From Octopus vulgaris (Eukaryota): DNA of 64,000 nucleotides. The first letter of the stretch is position 1, and the number at the start of each line of letters is the position of its first letter. Made by a program: the position numbers and the translations under genes. The notes under the pieces were generated by a model. That model searched no databases. It was not told where the DNA came from and saw only the letters and a program-made list of their open reading frames with translations. Location of the stretch: assembly GCA_951406725.2 (NCBI GenBank), contig OX597815.1, forward strand, positions 61,752,001 to 61,816,000. The letters are read 5' to 3'. Of this stretch, positions 26,525 to 39,026 are shown in pieces.

Positions 26525-26738
26525 GTGTATGTTTGTGTCCTTGTGTCTGAGGATGTCCCCCACCTCCGCTTCACAACTAGTGTTACATCCCCGTAAATTA
26601 GCGGTTCGGCCGAAGGGTCCAATAGAATAAATAACAGGCTTTAAAAAATAAGTACGGGGCTCGATCCATTCAGCTAAAAAGTCTCTAAGGCGCTGCCTCA
26701 GCATGGCCGCAGCTTGCTGACTGAGACAAGTAAAAGAT
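26525..26738 (+). mobile_element. SINE family A, 3' half
   Basis: CCCCGTAAATTAGCGGTTCGGC...CAGCATGGCCGCAG...ACAAGTAAAAGA. Confidence 0.75.
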
Positions 26739-28496
26739 ACCAAATGACTGGAGATACATTAATCTCAGAGTCTTTTTTGCTTTTATTTAAGTTGATAAAG
26801 TTGGATTCGAAGGAAATATGGTTGCTATTTCTAGCAAGCTTGGCAACCACCTATATATTTTCCCATAGGTGCAAGTGATTGACGTTGTTGATGTTGTTGT
26901 GGTGGTGGTGGTGGAGATAGGTTTACTAATGATACAGACAGTTCGCTGCAGTGGAGATGGCGACGGTGTTAATACATCTGGGGTTAAGGGCGGGGGTTGT
27001 AGTAAGAAATTATAAGCCGTGGTGACGTTGGTGGTGGTGGCAGTGGTGCTGAAGCAGTATTTTGGGGTGGGAAGGACCCAAAAGGGTTGGAGAGTCGATC
27101 GTCTGGATGGCGAGGGAGATTAATAAAGGGTTAACGAGGGATTAGACACGCCTACCTATCCACATACCCACTTATCTATCAACCCATCTAATTCTAATTA
27201 CCTAACTACCCACCCGCCCATACTTCCACCCATCTTTTCCTCCTGCTTCTCCTTCTCTTCCTCCTCCTTGTCGTTCTCTTCCTCCCTCTTATCTCGCTTC
27301 TACTTGTACTACGTCTCTCACGCCACTGTCACTGGATCCCACCCAATTACCTTACCTACCCAAGCATACTAGCGTATGTACCCGACTACCTATCTATCAC
27401 CTGGTCTTTTCTCCTCTCCTGTCCCTACCCCCGCCACCACGTACTTGCCAACCTCTCTACTTATCTACTATCGGACCACTATCCTCGACACTCGGTCTAT
27501 CTACTTACCTACTTCACCATCTACCTACCTTTACACCTTGCGCACCCTGCCATCTACCGACTCCTCTACCTAACACCACAACTACTGCTTAGATCAATCT
27601 TGCTACCTTCACACTACCATTACTACTTCCACAATTACTGAACCCTCTCCCACCACACCAATCATTGTGACTTCGACCTGTTGAACATAACAGTCAAATT
27701 ACATTTAAATCAAACCTAATTGTATTAAACCAGGATATATTTAATATAGTCTGTCGTTCGTTTTAGAGAGCGAAAAAGACAGGTTGGTCACAACTGGAAA
27801 GTTTTGCCTTATAGATCGGCTCAGTCAGGACTAATATCGAAATCTTTCAAAGCTCACATGTACCTGAGGACACAGGCCACAATAGCTCTAAAATGAAATA
27901 ACGTCTTTGTACATTGTCCATATTTGTTAACAAATTGCAACCAGAGCCCCCACTCCAACCACCTCACTTCTTCCCTTCTCAATAACCCAATATCTTGTTC
28001 AGATTACCAAGTACGTGTGAAATAGATGGGGGGATTTAGGTTTTTTCATCGCAAAATATGCATTTTTTAAAAGACAGTAAAAAATTTGAAAATCGGCTAT
28101 AATAATGTAGCCTTCCAGTCTCATTGCTTTGAAGGTATGATGTTGTGGAGAAAAAATTGGAGAAAAAAGTTACAGAGGTTTAAAAATAGAAAAAATCTGT
28201 ATAATTTTAGGTAAAAGTGAGACAAATTTTCTGCGTTTAGCGGAGCGGTGTCAACTTTAAGGTTCTTTTGTCTCTTTATTGATTGTATGGTTTTATTATT
28301 CTTTTTAATTTGTTATATCAATATATTTGTCTGTATGTGTTTACTTTATGCGTATTTCAGCATTATGTATACCTGTCATGTATATGTGTACACCATTAAT
28401 ATATAAGTGCATTTTGATGTATGTATTCATATATAAGTTTATATGTACATTTATACATTCGTGTGTGTGTGTATGTGTATGTGTGTGTATGTGTGT

Positions 28497-28567
<71 letters not shown>

Positions 28568-28899
28568 GAAGGCGTATGTCTCTAAAACTTCAAAGGTGAG
28601 TAATATTTTCATACTTGGATTTGTAAACTACGATAAGAATAATACTGGTCCCAAGAATACCCGTATCTTATATGTTTTTACTTGCAGAATTTAAAAATAA
28701 TGTCATATTATCTGAATCACCCACAGTTTCCAAAATGCCTTTGAATGTCGCATCATATCCCTTCAGCAACATCTTTTTACCACCAAGTGTCGAAGTGCAT
28801 CCCTTGACCAAGTTTGCATACATAAGGCTGATAACATCATAAGACTTGGACGGCAGCTCCTTGAGCAACACTCATTGTCTGATAACCTAGAATACATGC

Positions 28900-29970
28900 C
28901 AAAAAAAAAAAGTCGCACGACTCTACCGCAACGTATCATCAGTTAAAAGGATGAGCCTATATGAGCAGAAGACTATGCATGAATATGTTAGTAGAAAGCT
29001 CCGTGATGCTAGTAACATCGATCATCAAAGCAGTTTGTCATGGACCAATAGCCGGATTACTATTTCCCACTTTAAAGGGTATGCGTTTGAAACAGGAAAA
29101 TGAACCAAGTACCTGATACACAAAAGGGATAGAGATGCAGGAAAAGCCGTGAAATGTGACAACAGACGCAGACTTTGTGGAGTTAACACTGAAGATATCA
29201 CCCACATCATAAGCAGCTGTCCGAAAATGTCATCGCGGTACTCTCTACCGATGAGACATGAAGTTATGGCCAGGACACTCTGCAATGAAATCCGTTGGAA
29301 GGATAACCCTGAGGCCAAAAAAATAAGAAACTGTAGTATTGTAAAAGCCTTAGCCACTCGTAGTAAGGAATACTGATGGGATGTCCCAGTGAAAACCTCA
29401 GTAAAATGTAAGCACAAAAGACCTGACATAGTAATTTGGTACAGAGAAGAGAAACTGCGTACTGTTGTGGAAATTAGCTGCCCAGCGGATAATAACATAT
29501 ATCTGAAGATCAGTAAAAATACCTATACTGAACTATTGAGAAATATGCAGTTACGCTATCCAGATTACAAGTTCAGGTTTATACCTATAATTATTGAGGC
29601 ACTGAGATATGTAACATACTGCCTAAGTACCAATCTTGAGAAATTAGGCTTCTCAAAAGCAGAAAGGAGAAAGCTGATTCGAAAGTAACAGATTCAAGTA
29701 AAAATGTAAAACTGTAAAAATCAGTAAAACTTTCCAGAAGTTTGTAAGTTAAGTATATATAATCATGTCTAGACATACAAATATATGCATGAGAATACAT
29801 AGAAAAAGTAAAATATGCAAATCTGCACATGCACTAACTCCAAATTCTGCACATATACAAACATAAATGCAAAAAATACCGTGTTGCTACTGTTGAAATT
29901 CCAGTGAAAGAGCCGTAGATGATCTTGATTAGAAACCATGTCTTTCTCTATTGGCAAGGAATCTTGAATG
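28900..29970 (+). mobile_element. R4/Dong-like REL-endonuclease LINE, 3' fragment (pseudogene)
   Basis: Decayed CCHC knuckle (RLCGVNTEDITHIISSC), RHE motif, and the PD-(D/E)xK-type endonuclease HKRPDIVIW...VVEISCP; stops and frameshifts present. Confidence 0.85.
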
Positions 29971-30639
29971 AAAACTGAACTAGCTTGAAAGCCGCCCAAT
30001 AACGCAGCTTTTAAGCTAGCTCCGGTGGCGGGATCTTCATTAGGCCTTGGGTCCAACAATGACACTTCATGCAAACAGTATATATTACATTTTATTACAC
30101 TTGACCAGTATTTTTCAAGTAATACATACAGAGATAGTTCGTAGAATCAGTTCCGGCTCCTGGAGATATGTAAAGACAATTGTCAGATCCCCTTATTTCC
30201 TTACAATAAGTATGTCGTTTTCATTAATGGCAAGTCAACTTTTGAGTATTCTTGTTTCTTGAGATTATTTCCCCTTCTCAAGTGTAACTGGTCTCAACTG
30301 TCATTTAGTAATTATGATATATCCTTACGGGGCGAAGATAATTTATAGAAATCAAGAATTTATTTGACCGTACTTGTATATCAAAATACTAAATGTTCAA
30401 GAAAAATATGGCGTAAAATATATCTAAAAGTACTTTTTTTCCTTTTCTATAATTATAATATCTAATTTCATGTATATAGAAACGTGATGGTATTCAGTTT
30501 TACATATATTTTGATTTTGATTCGTTTTTGAATGAACATAGTATTTTCTTCAATGGCCAATCATATTCATCCAAAGGATTTCTATTAATGTTGACAAGTA
30601 ATAAACACCATCGTATATATATATATATATATATATAGT

Positions 30640-30783
30640 ATATACATATATGCATATATACATACATAGTTGTATATACCTACATATATATATATATATA
30701 CATGAATATATGGGTACAGGATATAAAAAAACGTAGACAGAATGAGAAACAAGAACATAAAAAACAAAAACATAGAAAATATG

Positions 30784-30790
<7 letters not shown>
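30640..30790 (-). mobile_element. TA-associated family X, fragment
   Basis: TGGGTACAGGA...AATGAGAAAC is shared with 46123-46170 and 51622-51670. Confidence 0.65.
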
Positions 30791-30824
<34 letters not shown>

Positions 30825-30826
<2 letters not shown>

Positions 30827-31012
30827 TTGTGTGTCTGTGTTTGTCCCCAACACCACTGCTTGACAGCCGATGTTGGTGTGTTTACGTCCCCGTAACTTCA
30901 CGGTTCGGCAAAAGATACCGATAGAAAAAGTCCTGGGGTCGATTTCTTCGACTAGAGGCGGTGCTCCAGCATGGTTACAGTCAAATGACTCAATCAAGCA
31001 AAAGAATAAAAG
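30825..31012 (+). mobile_element. SINE family A, 3' half
   Basis: GTGTTTACGTCCCCGTAAC...GGTGCTCCAGCATGG..CAGTCAAATGACT. Confidence 0.85.
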
Positions 31013-31163
31013 ACTATATTGAGTATACTATATAATTTTACTCCTTTACACGTTCCAGCCATGCGGCCGTGGTCATCTTGGAGCACCACCATACAAACAT
31101 ACACACACACGCACACACACATACGCACACACACATACATACACACACACAGATGTATATATA

Positions 31164-31860
31164 CAGTACTGTGCAAAAGTCTTCGGTCACTTTAAACTAT
31201 TGTAAAATTCTACTAATTGTTAACTTATAACTGGATGTTTCACGTTGCGTTTTTTTGCAAATGAAACATTAGCTGTTGGAGTCATTTTCATACCTAATCA
31301 TTATATTATGTAGTTGGAGTTCTCAATGAGAAGGGAAGATGCGAGAATTTGTGACAAGGCCTCCAGGAAAGCGAAACGACCCACGTTACAGGAGGAAACA
31401 AGTGTAGTTTGGAGGTAAGAGTTTGATGCTTCGGGGATACGTAAAAAGTGATGGTTCAAGAAAGCTGGTTAAAATTGACGGTGACTTGAATAATGCCAAA
31501 TACAGGCAGTTGCTGAAGAATAATTTGATACCATACTTGGATGAAGTTGAGCTTTTTCATCATGACAGAGCTTCATGTAACAGATTGCATGCAACACAAC
31601 AGGGTCTGGCTGATGAAGGTGTTACTGTATTGAAAGATTGGCCAGCTCAGAGCCCTGACTTAAATGTCAACGAGGAAATGTGGACAGAACTAAAGAGAAG
31701 AGTTCGTCAGAAGAATCCACGCAATCTTGAAGTGTTGTGGGTGCTTAGCCATAGAGAATGGCATCTCATACCTGTAAAGATGGGGACAAATTTGTACGTA
31801 TCTTTTCCCAGGCGCATCGAAGCAATTATTCAAGCTAACGGAAGCCACACGAAATACTAA
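31164..31860 (+). mobile_element. Internally deleted Tc1 element with transposase C-terminal half (ORF 31423-31860)
   Basis: TA-CAGTACTGTGCAAAAGT TIR; FHHDRASC and WPAQSPDLNVNEEMW (DD34E-type); RIEAIIQANGSHTKY end. Confidence 0.88.
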
Positions 31861-32125
31861 CACTGTACAGTAATTTCTTGAAATGAACATTATGTAATAA
31901 ATTTTAATTATAGACATTTTTCTTTTTTAAAACACTGTGTCTTGATTCAGAATAATAAAAGAAGCACTAGTCAGAAATATGTAATGGAGTCTCTCTTAGC
32001 GGTTAAACCCTCACTGATATTACCCCAGTATGGTCGTATGGTCGTATCTAATCATTGAAGACTATATGCATCTGTGTTTGTGTTTATTTATATATATATA
32101 TATATACCACATATATATATATACC

Positions 32126-32291
32126 AAAGTGATGGTTCAAGAAAGCTGGTTAAAATTGACGGTGACTTGAATAATGCCAAATACAGGCAGTTGCTGAAGA
32201 ATAATTTGATACCATACTTGGATGAAGTTGAGCTTTTTCATCATGACAGAGCTTCATGTAACAAATTGCATGCAACACAACAGGGTCTGGC
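32126..32291 (+). repeat. Near-identical local duplicate of Tc1 segment 31445-31610
   Basis: ~166 bp with a single visible substitution (AACAGATTG vs AACAAATTG). Confidence 0.9.
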
Positions 32292-32462
32292 ACCGTGCAT
32301 TCGTCGTCGCATTTTGAATGTGGCTAGGGACAGGGCAGGGCGGTGGGGGTGTTACTGATGCATTTAGCCCCAGGCGATCATCAACGTCACCAGATAGGCT
32401 GACACCATCACGGTGTCCTCTATCCTGCAAAGGGAGATCATTCCCCGAAGAAGCGGATGCCA

Positions 32463-32506
32463 CATACGGACCCAGGTTTCAAGGTATTTGCCTATCGTCA
32501 ACGTAT
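32463..32506 (-). ncRNA. Minimal type I hammerhead (U3 variant)
   Basis: Minus strand: TATACG-TTGACGA-TAGG(CAAATA)CCTT-GAAA-CCTGGG-TC-CGTATG; GUC cleavage triplet. Confidence 0.6.
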
Positions 32507-32529
32507 ATATATATATAAGTTGTTGGTTG

Positions 32530-32564
<35 letters not shown>

Positions 32565-32571
32565 CATACAT

Positions 32572-32619
<48 letters not shown>

Positions 32620-32752
32620 ACCAACAACTTATTATGTTATTTATGTTTGTTTTGTTTTCCGTTTGTGCCTTTCGTTGTTCGAAAGAATAGTTCATGTTCC
32701 ATGTACTCGTGCTTCGTACTTTTTTGTTGTACACGTTTCATGACGTCCTCTG

Positions 32753-32839
<87 letters not shown>

Positions 32840-32923
32840 TGTATACCCAGACACACACATCCTCATATGTGCATATATACACACACATATACATATACAT
32901 ATGCGTTGTTTATATATACATAT

Positions 32924-32973
<50 letters not shown>

Positions 32974-33339
32974 GTATATATATACATACTATTATTCAAC
33001 AGACCTCACAAGTCTTTTTCCTCACTTTCTCGTTTCCCTTCTGTCTTTCCCACTCCTATCCTTTCTCACCTTTTAGTTTTCTTGTTCCCCTCCTTCTACT
33101 TTCCCTTTTCCAGACAACGGGAGTCTTTCACTATTGGTTGACTCCCAAAGGTCACGTGTTACTCTCATTCCATTGCTAAACGTTCCGATATTGGCCTCAT
33201 AAAACGAACGGCAACGAGCATTAATTAAACTTCCGGTTACCATTCATCTTACCTTCGACTTAAAGCGGAAGAAATTCCATTTCCGTCTTCCCTCCCAAAA
33301 TTGTTAAATAATGTTGCTTCAGCTACTGTAATGACAGTA

Positions 33340-33348
33340 TCATCATCT

Positions 33349-33427
<79 letters not shown>

Positions 33428-33438
33428 CATTATTATTA

Positions 33439-33530
<92 letters not shown>

Positions 33531-33592
33531 GCTGTTGTTGTTATTATCATCATCATCATCATTATTATTATTGTTGTTCTTACTGTTGTGTT

Positions 33593-33630
<38 letters not shown>

Positions 33631-33928
33631 TTACTACTACTATTATTATTATTATTAGTAGTAGTAGTAGTAGTTGTAGTCGTGGTGGTGGTTGTTGTAA
33701 TAGAAGTAGTGGTTGTAGTAGTAGTAGTGTGGTGGTGATGGTAGTGGTAGTAGTTATAGTATTAATAGTTGTAGAAGTAGTAATAGTTGTTGTTGGTAGA
33801 ATTATTTTGTTGTTGGCATCGTGTTGTTATTGGTGTTGTAGTTGTACTACTGTTACAGTTTCTCTTGTTGTTACTGTTGTTGTTGTTATTGCTGTTGTCG
33901 CTGTTATTGCTGCTGCCACTACTACTAG
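33340..33928. repeat. Compound trinucleotide microsatellite (TTA/TTG/TCA/CTA/GTA)
   Basis: Directly visible. Confidence 0.95.
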
Positions 33929-34261
33929 AACGCACCAATTTTAATGGCGGCCATACCATTGCAAAGGTTGAGGTTAAAATATAGTGACGTCACGTTAAGT
34001 GAAGTAAAACTTAAAACCAACAGTGTTGTTATTGGATGTTGAAGTTTATTGCACAAAACACTTAAGCACGAGGTCTTTGAGCGCGCGCGCACGTATGTGT
34101 GAGTTAATGAGAAACCAACAAGGAAAACATTGTGCTAAATCTATACAAGCAATCACATCGACACACATGTACAAAGACGATAAATAATGTTTCGCAAATC
34201 TAATATCGTTGTGGATATATATACATGAACATGCGCTGGAAAACGTGACACTTATTTAACA

Positions 34262-34319
<58 letters not shown>

Positions 34320-34400
34320 TTATCTATCTATTCATCCATCCATTCATCCGTCCGTCCTTCCGTCCGTCTAACTGTCTGTCTGCTTGTCTCTGTGTGTGTA

Positions 34401-34474
<74 letters not shown>

Positions 34475-34479
34475 CCTAC

Positions 34480-34543
<64 letters not shown>

Positions 34544-34699
34544 TGATCTGTCTGTTCTGCCTGCCTGTCTGTCTGTCTACATGTCTATCTGTCTGTTTAT
34601 ATATCTCTGTCTCCATCTCTTCATCCACCTATCAATCAGTCTTCTCCACCGACTATTTCTGAGAGGTTCGTGGGGTTTTGGTCCTTTAGACTTTCCTGC

Positions 34700-34925
34700 T
34701 GGATACCCAAGCGTGAACAACTGAAATTATGTATATAACCCAACCATATCTTTCTTGTTCTACTCCCAGACATCCTATCGGTTGCTTTGGTTTGTAATAC
34801 CGGAGGTGTGATCTTTTAATGTGGTGATGTTGCGGCTCAACCTGGAGAAACAACCTGATCTCAGAGTTATTCACCCTGGCGAGTAACGTCACTCCAGAGA
34901 GCCTTAGGAGGAACACCATTTTGGC
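34700..34925 (-). mobile_element. RTE-clade LINE C-terminal relic
   Basis: LRLSGVTLLARVNNSEIR..LQVEP..IKRSHLRY resembles the RTE post-RT region. Confidence 0.55.
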
Positions 34926-35373
34926 TGCTTCTATTCGTGATTGTACTCTATTGGTCAGTACCTAACATTGCTCACCAGAGAAGAGAATCGAAGCTTTGTA
35001 GATAGCAAGTTTGGCTTTTTAGTGAATCTTTCCCCTTCTGAGTATCGAATACTGGAGCTGGCGTATTACGGTTGTTTGTTTGTTTATTTATGCGCGTGTG
35101 TGTGTGTATGAATGTGTATGAATGTGTTTGTACGAGTGTGTGTATATGAGTGTGTGTGTATGGGTGTGTGTGCATGAGTGTATGTGTGAATGTGTGTGTA
35201 TGAGTGTGTGTATGTATGAGTGTGTGTGTGCATGCGTATAAGTGTATGTGTGTGTATATGAGTGTGTGTATATATGAGTGTGTGAGTATGAGTGTGTGTA
35301 TGAGTGTGTGTATGAGTGTGTGCATGTGTGTATACATGAGTGCGTGTGCGTATGAGTATGTGTGTGTATATGA

Positions 35374-35411
<38 letters not shown>

Positions 35412-35984
35412 ATGTTTCGTTGTCGACGTCGCCTGTTTGTCAAGCCTCTCCACTTGTTGAATGAAATAGCAAAAAGAAAAAAAATATGATGTGGATTTGT
35501 TTACGGTAGATGTCACCTTTGCTACAGAGTGCACCGTATACTCTGGCATCAGGACCATCCTCTGTAGTACAGTGAAACAATATCGGTGGTGAAAATGCAA
35601 CTGGCCTTAATTCGGTTTTAATCTCATGTGGCATCTTCTTAGCCAACCCATCTGGTGTTGCCCTCTTCAAGTTCTCACGTTATTCACATCAACTTGCTCT
35701 ACGATTTAGATCTTCAAGTGGCCGTTATCCAGTCTTGGTTTCTGTCACCTTGCCACTTTGGTTGGCTCTTAAAACTTTACTAGACTACTGACAGTATTTC
35801 TCTCAGCGTTATTGGAGCACGCAAACGCTTCACCATGACTAAGAACGACCATCAAAGGATCGTTCAGTTGTTGTATGTGTGCCTCTGTGTGTATGTATGT
35901 ATTTGAGTATACATGTACTTATGTAAGGACACGTATGGGCGCATGCACCGTTGCGACCCATCTCTGCATCCACCATTTGTCAGC

Positions 35985-36341
35985 ATTTGCTCAGGTCGTC
36001 CCGAGCAACCCTCCGAGCAGTGTCTCAGTCAATCCCTATTTCTGCAACATACTTTCATTGGCCGTGACCACGTTGTTGACAACACAAGCTGTCATCCCAT
36101 CAGAGAAGGGAACAAGGTACACAGGATCTAACTCAGAAAATTGAAAATATGACCAAACAGTCTAAGTTGATGATCCTTAATCATACATGTAACAGGATAC
36201 ATCACAGTTTCTGAATATAGTTGTTGGTTGAATAGCAGATCTAGCCAATGGTAACCCATAATCCTCTTAAGCAGCCCGGAACCAAAGGAGTTCAGGCAGC
36301 TCCTAAGGGCTCCAGAGAGTGTCCAAGTCTTGCAACTATAT

Positions 36342-36342
<1 letters not shown>
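35985..36342 (-). mobile_element. RTE-clade LINE 3' fragment
   Basis: YSCKTWTL...LKRIMGYHWLD..N..LY...QLRLFGHI. Confidence 0.8.
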
Positions 36343-36384
<42 letters not shown>

Positions 36385-36515
36385 TATAAAGTACACCCCC
36401 ACCAAATAGGTGTATTTATAAAATAACGCTGGTTAAATTCAAGACTATTATTCAACTGTAGTTTCACCATTTGATTTTTCAGAAATATTGCGTTAAAGAA
36501 ATATTGGTAATATAT

Positions 36516-36928
36516 TCTTTTCTACTCTAGGCACAAAACACGAAATTTTGGGGGTGGGGGCCAGTCGATTAGATCGACCCCCAGTATGCAACTGGTACTT
36601 AATTTATCTAACCCGAAAGGATGAAAGGCAAAGTGGACCTCGGCGTAATTTGAACTCAGAACGTAAAGACAGACGAAATACAGCTAAGCATTCACCTGGC
36701 GTGCTAACGTTTCTTATTTCTTTATTGCCCACAAGGGGCTGAACATAGAGGGGACAAACAAGGACAGACAAAGGGATTAAGTCGATTACATCGACCCCAG
36801 TGCGTAACTGATACTTAATTTATCGACCCCGAAAGGATGAAAGGCAAAGTCGACCTCGGCGGAATTTGAACTCAGAACGTAACGGCAGACGAAATACTGC
36901 TAAGCATTCTGCCAGCTCGCCGCCTTAA
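36516..36928 (-). mobile_element. Dimeric SINE family B
   Basis: Two monomers joined by a CCCACAAGGGGCT..GGGACAAACAAGGA linker; same architecture as 54890-55283. Confidence 0.88.
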
Positions 36929-37539
36929 TATTGGCAATATATCAACTTAATGAGTTAGATGGTGGTGGGAAGAATGGCTATTGAAAGAGGGGCAAGGGGT
37001 GGTGGGTGAAGGATATGTTGTAGTGAGAGAGATGTTGATGTGAGTGGGGGTGATGTGAGGTTGTATAAAGTACGAAAAGGGATAGAGAGAGAGAGAGAGG
37101 GGGGGAGAAAAGAGGAGTGGGTAATGCGGAACATTCCATTCCATGAAAGATGGGATTATCAATCAAAATAATTCGAAATGAAGTAATCCAATGGGTCAAT
37201 CCTTTAAATCTTCATAATCGTCTCTATGACTACAAAGAATTTCGAAACCCATTGATTCCAGACTTTCGAATTTTTAAAGTTTTTAAAGTGTAAGACAAAG
37301 AAAAGAAAGATCCCCAACTGAGTGGAGACATTTGTTTGTTTTGTGAGTTACTTTGTGACATCACCGGGGCCGGTATTACGAAAAAGTACCCACCATATTC
37401 TGTAAATGACCGACATTGAGAAGGGTACCCGGCCGTCTTCAGGCATCCTGAAATCTTCAGAATACAACAAAAGTGAATGTTACATTTTGAAAAAATACTA
37501 ATGAAAGAGAGGTTTAACCATTCAGGTGTACATGAGTAA

Positions 37540-37635
37540 ACTTGCAACGGACTGGTGTCTCGTCCAGGAGGAATGTTGTCATCTAAGTCACTTATAGTCC
37601 ATAGACACACAGTAACAGGCCCTATGAATCCTGGG
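37540..37635 (+). mobile_element. V-domain-like SINE 3' fragment
   Basis: GCAACGGACTGGTGTCTCGTCCAGG...GGCCCTATGA is similar to 20222-20293. Confidence 0.55.
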
Positions 37636-37667
37636 ACTTATGATAGTAATACTCAGAGGTTGATAAT

Positions 37668-37698
37668 TATGATGATGATGATGATGAAGGAGAAGAAG

Positions 37699-37774
<76 letters not shown>

Positions 37775-37985
37775 TGTAGTAGTAGTAGTAGTAGCAGCAG
37801 CAGTAACAGTAGCAGTAGCAGTAACAGTAGCAGAAGCAGTAGTAGTAGCAGTAGTAGTAGTAGTAGTAGTAGTAGAAGAAGAAGAAGAAGAAGAAGAAGA
37901 AGAAGAAGAAGAAGAAGAAGGACGATGACGACGACGACGACGATGATGATGATGGTGGTGGTGGTGGTGATGATGATGATGATGC

Positions 37986-38020
<35 letters not shown>

Positions 38021-38072
38021 GTGATGATGAGGATGAGGATGATGGTGATGAGGATGATGATAATGAGGATGC
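37668..38072. repeat. Compound trinucleotide microsatellite (GAT/GAA/GTA/GCA/GAC/GGT)
   Basis: Directly visible. Confidence 0.95.
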
Positions 38073-38215
38073 AGTAATCTCACCTATGAAGAAATATTCT
38101 ATAAGAAAACTTTTATCCAATACAGTTTTACACATAAACGTCAATAAAATTTACTCGCAATTAACAATATTTCATTTATTGTGTTTATCAAAAACTTTGC
38201 AGAACAATTCATGTA

Positions 38216-38295
<80 letters not shown>

Positions 38296-38348
38296 AGATG
38301 TACTCGCATAACAAGTAATTTGATCTGAGATCGTGTGCTGAAACGAAA

Positions 38349-38627
38349 ACAATTGCAGCGTGGATGGTGTTTGTAAGCCATTTAAGAAACACACAAAAGC
38401 CGTTCGATTCACTTCAACATTTAAGTTTAATTTGTCAAAATATTTTCGTCGCTAAAATCCGCGACCTGTTCACTGACAAAAATCAAATGCAGCACGGGTT
38501 TTTGTCAGTGAACAGGTCGCGGATTTTAGCGACGAAAATATTTTGACAAATTAAACTTAAATGTTGAAGTGAATCGAACGGCTTTTGTGTGTTTCTTAAA
38601 TGGCTTACAAACACCTTCCACGCTGCA

Positions 38628-38632
<5 letters not shown>
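38349..38632. repeat. Fold-back palindrome (134 bp arms, 16 bp spacer) in a TA-flanked insert (38292-38632)
   Basis: 38349-38482 is the reverse complement of 38499-38632 with one mismatch. Confidence 0.95.
38501..38550 (+). ncRNA. Minimal type I hammerhead with G3:C8 core (mirror copy 38431-38480, minus)
   Basis: TTTGTCA-GTGAACA-G-GTCGC(GGATTTTA)GCGAC-GAAA-ATAT-TT-TGACAAA. Confidence 0.65.
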
Positions 38633-38718
<86 letters not shown>

Positions 38719-39026
38719 CGCACAAGACTTATACAAAAACTTGTTTTAACAAAACACTTTAACAAAATGCAAAATATTTTAACCGACGTCGAATAATTTG
38801 AAATAGTTCTACGTTTGTAGTATTAAGGAAATACACCAAAATATATTTTATCTATTCTTCTGTCTGGGCTACATTTTGTATCACGGTATATTCCATTCCA
38901 CGCACTCCGTATTACGACTAAATAGTTTCAATTTGTATAAAATCCTGAAAACTACCGTTTTGCGATTATAACTATATTCTTGACTAAAAAAGTCTGTTAG
39001 TCTGAGAGCGTTCTCATATATATATA

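Noticed and set aside
28640-28670. GGTCCCAAG twister-like motif
   Set aside because: The surrounding stems and pseudoknot partners are absent.
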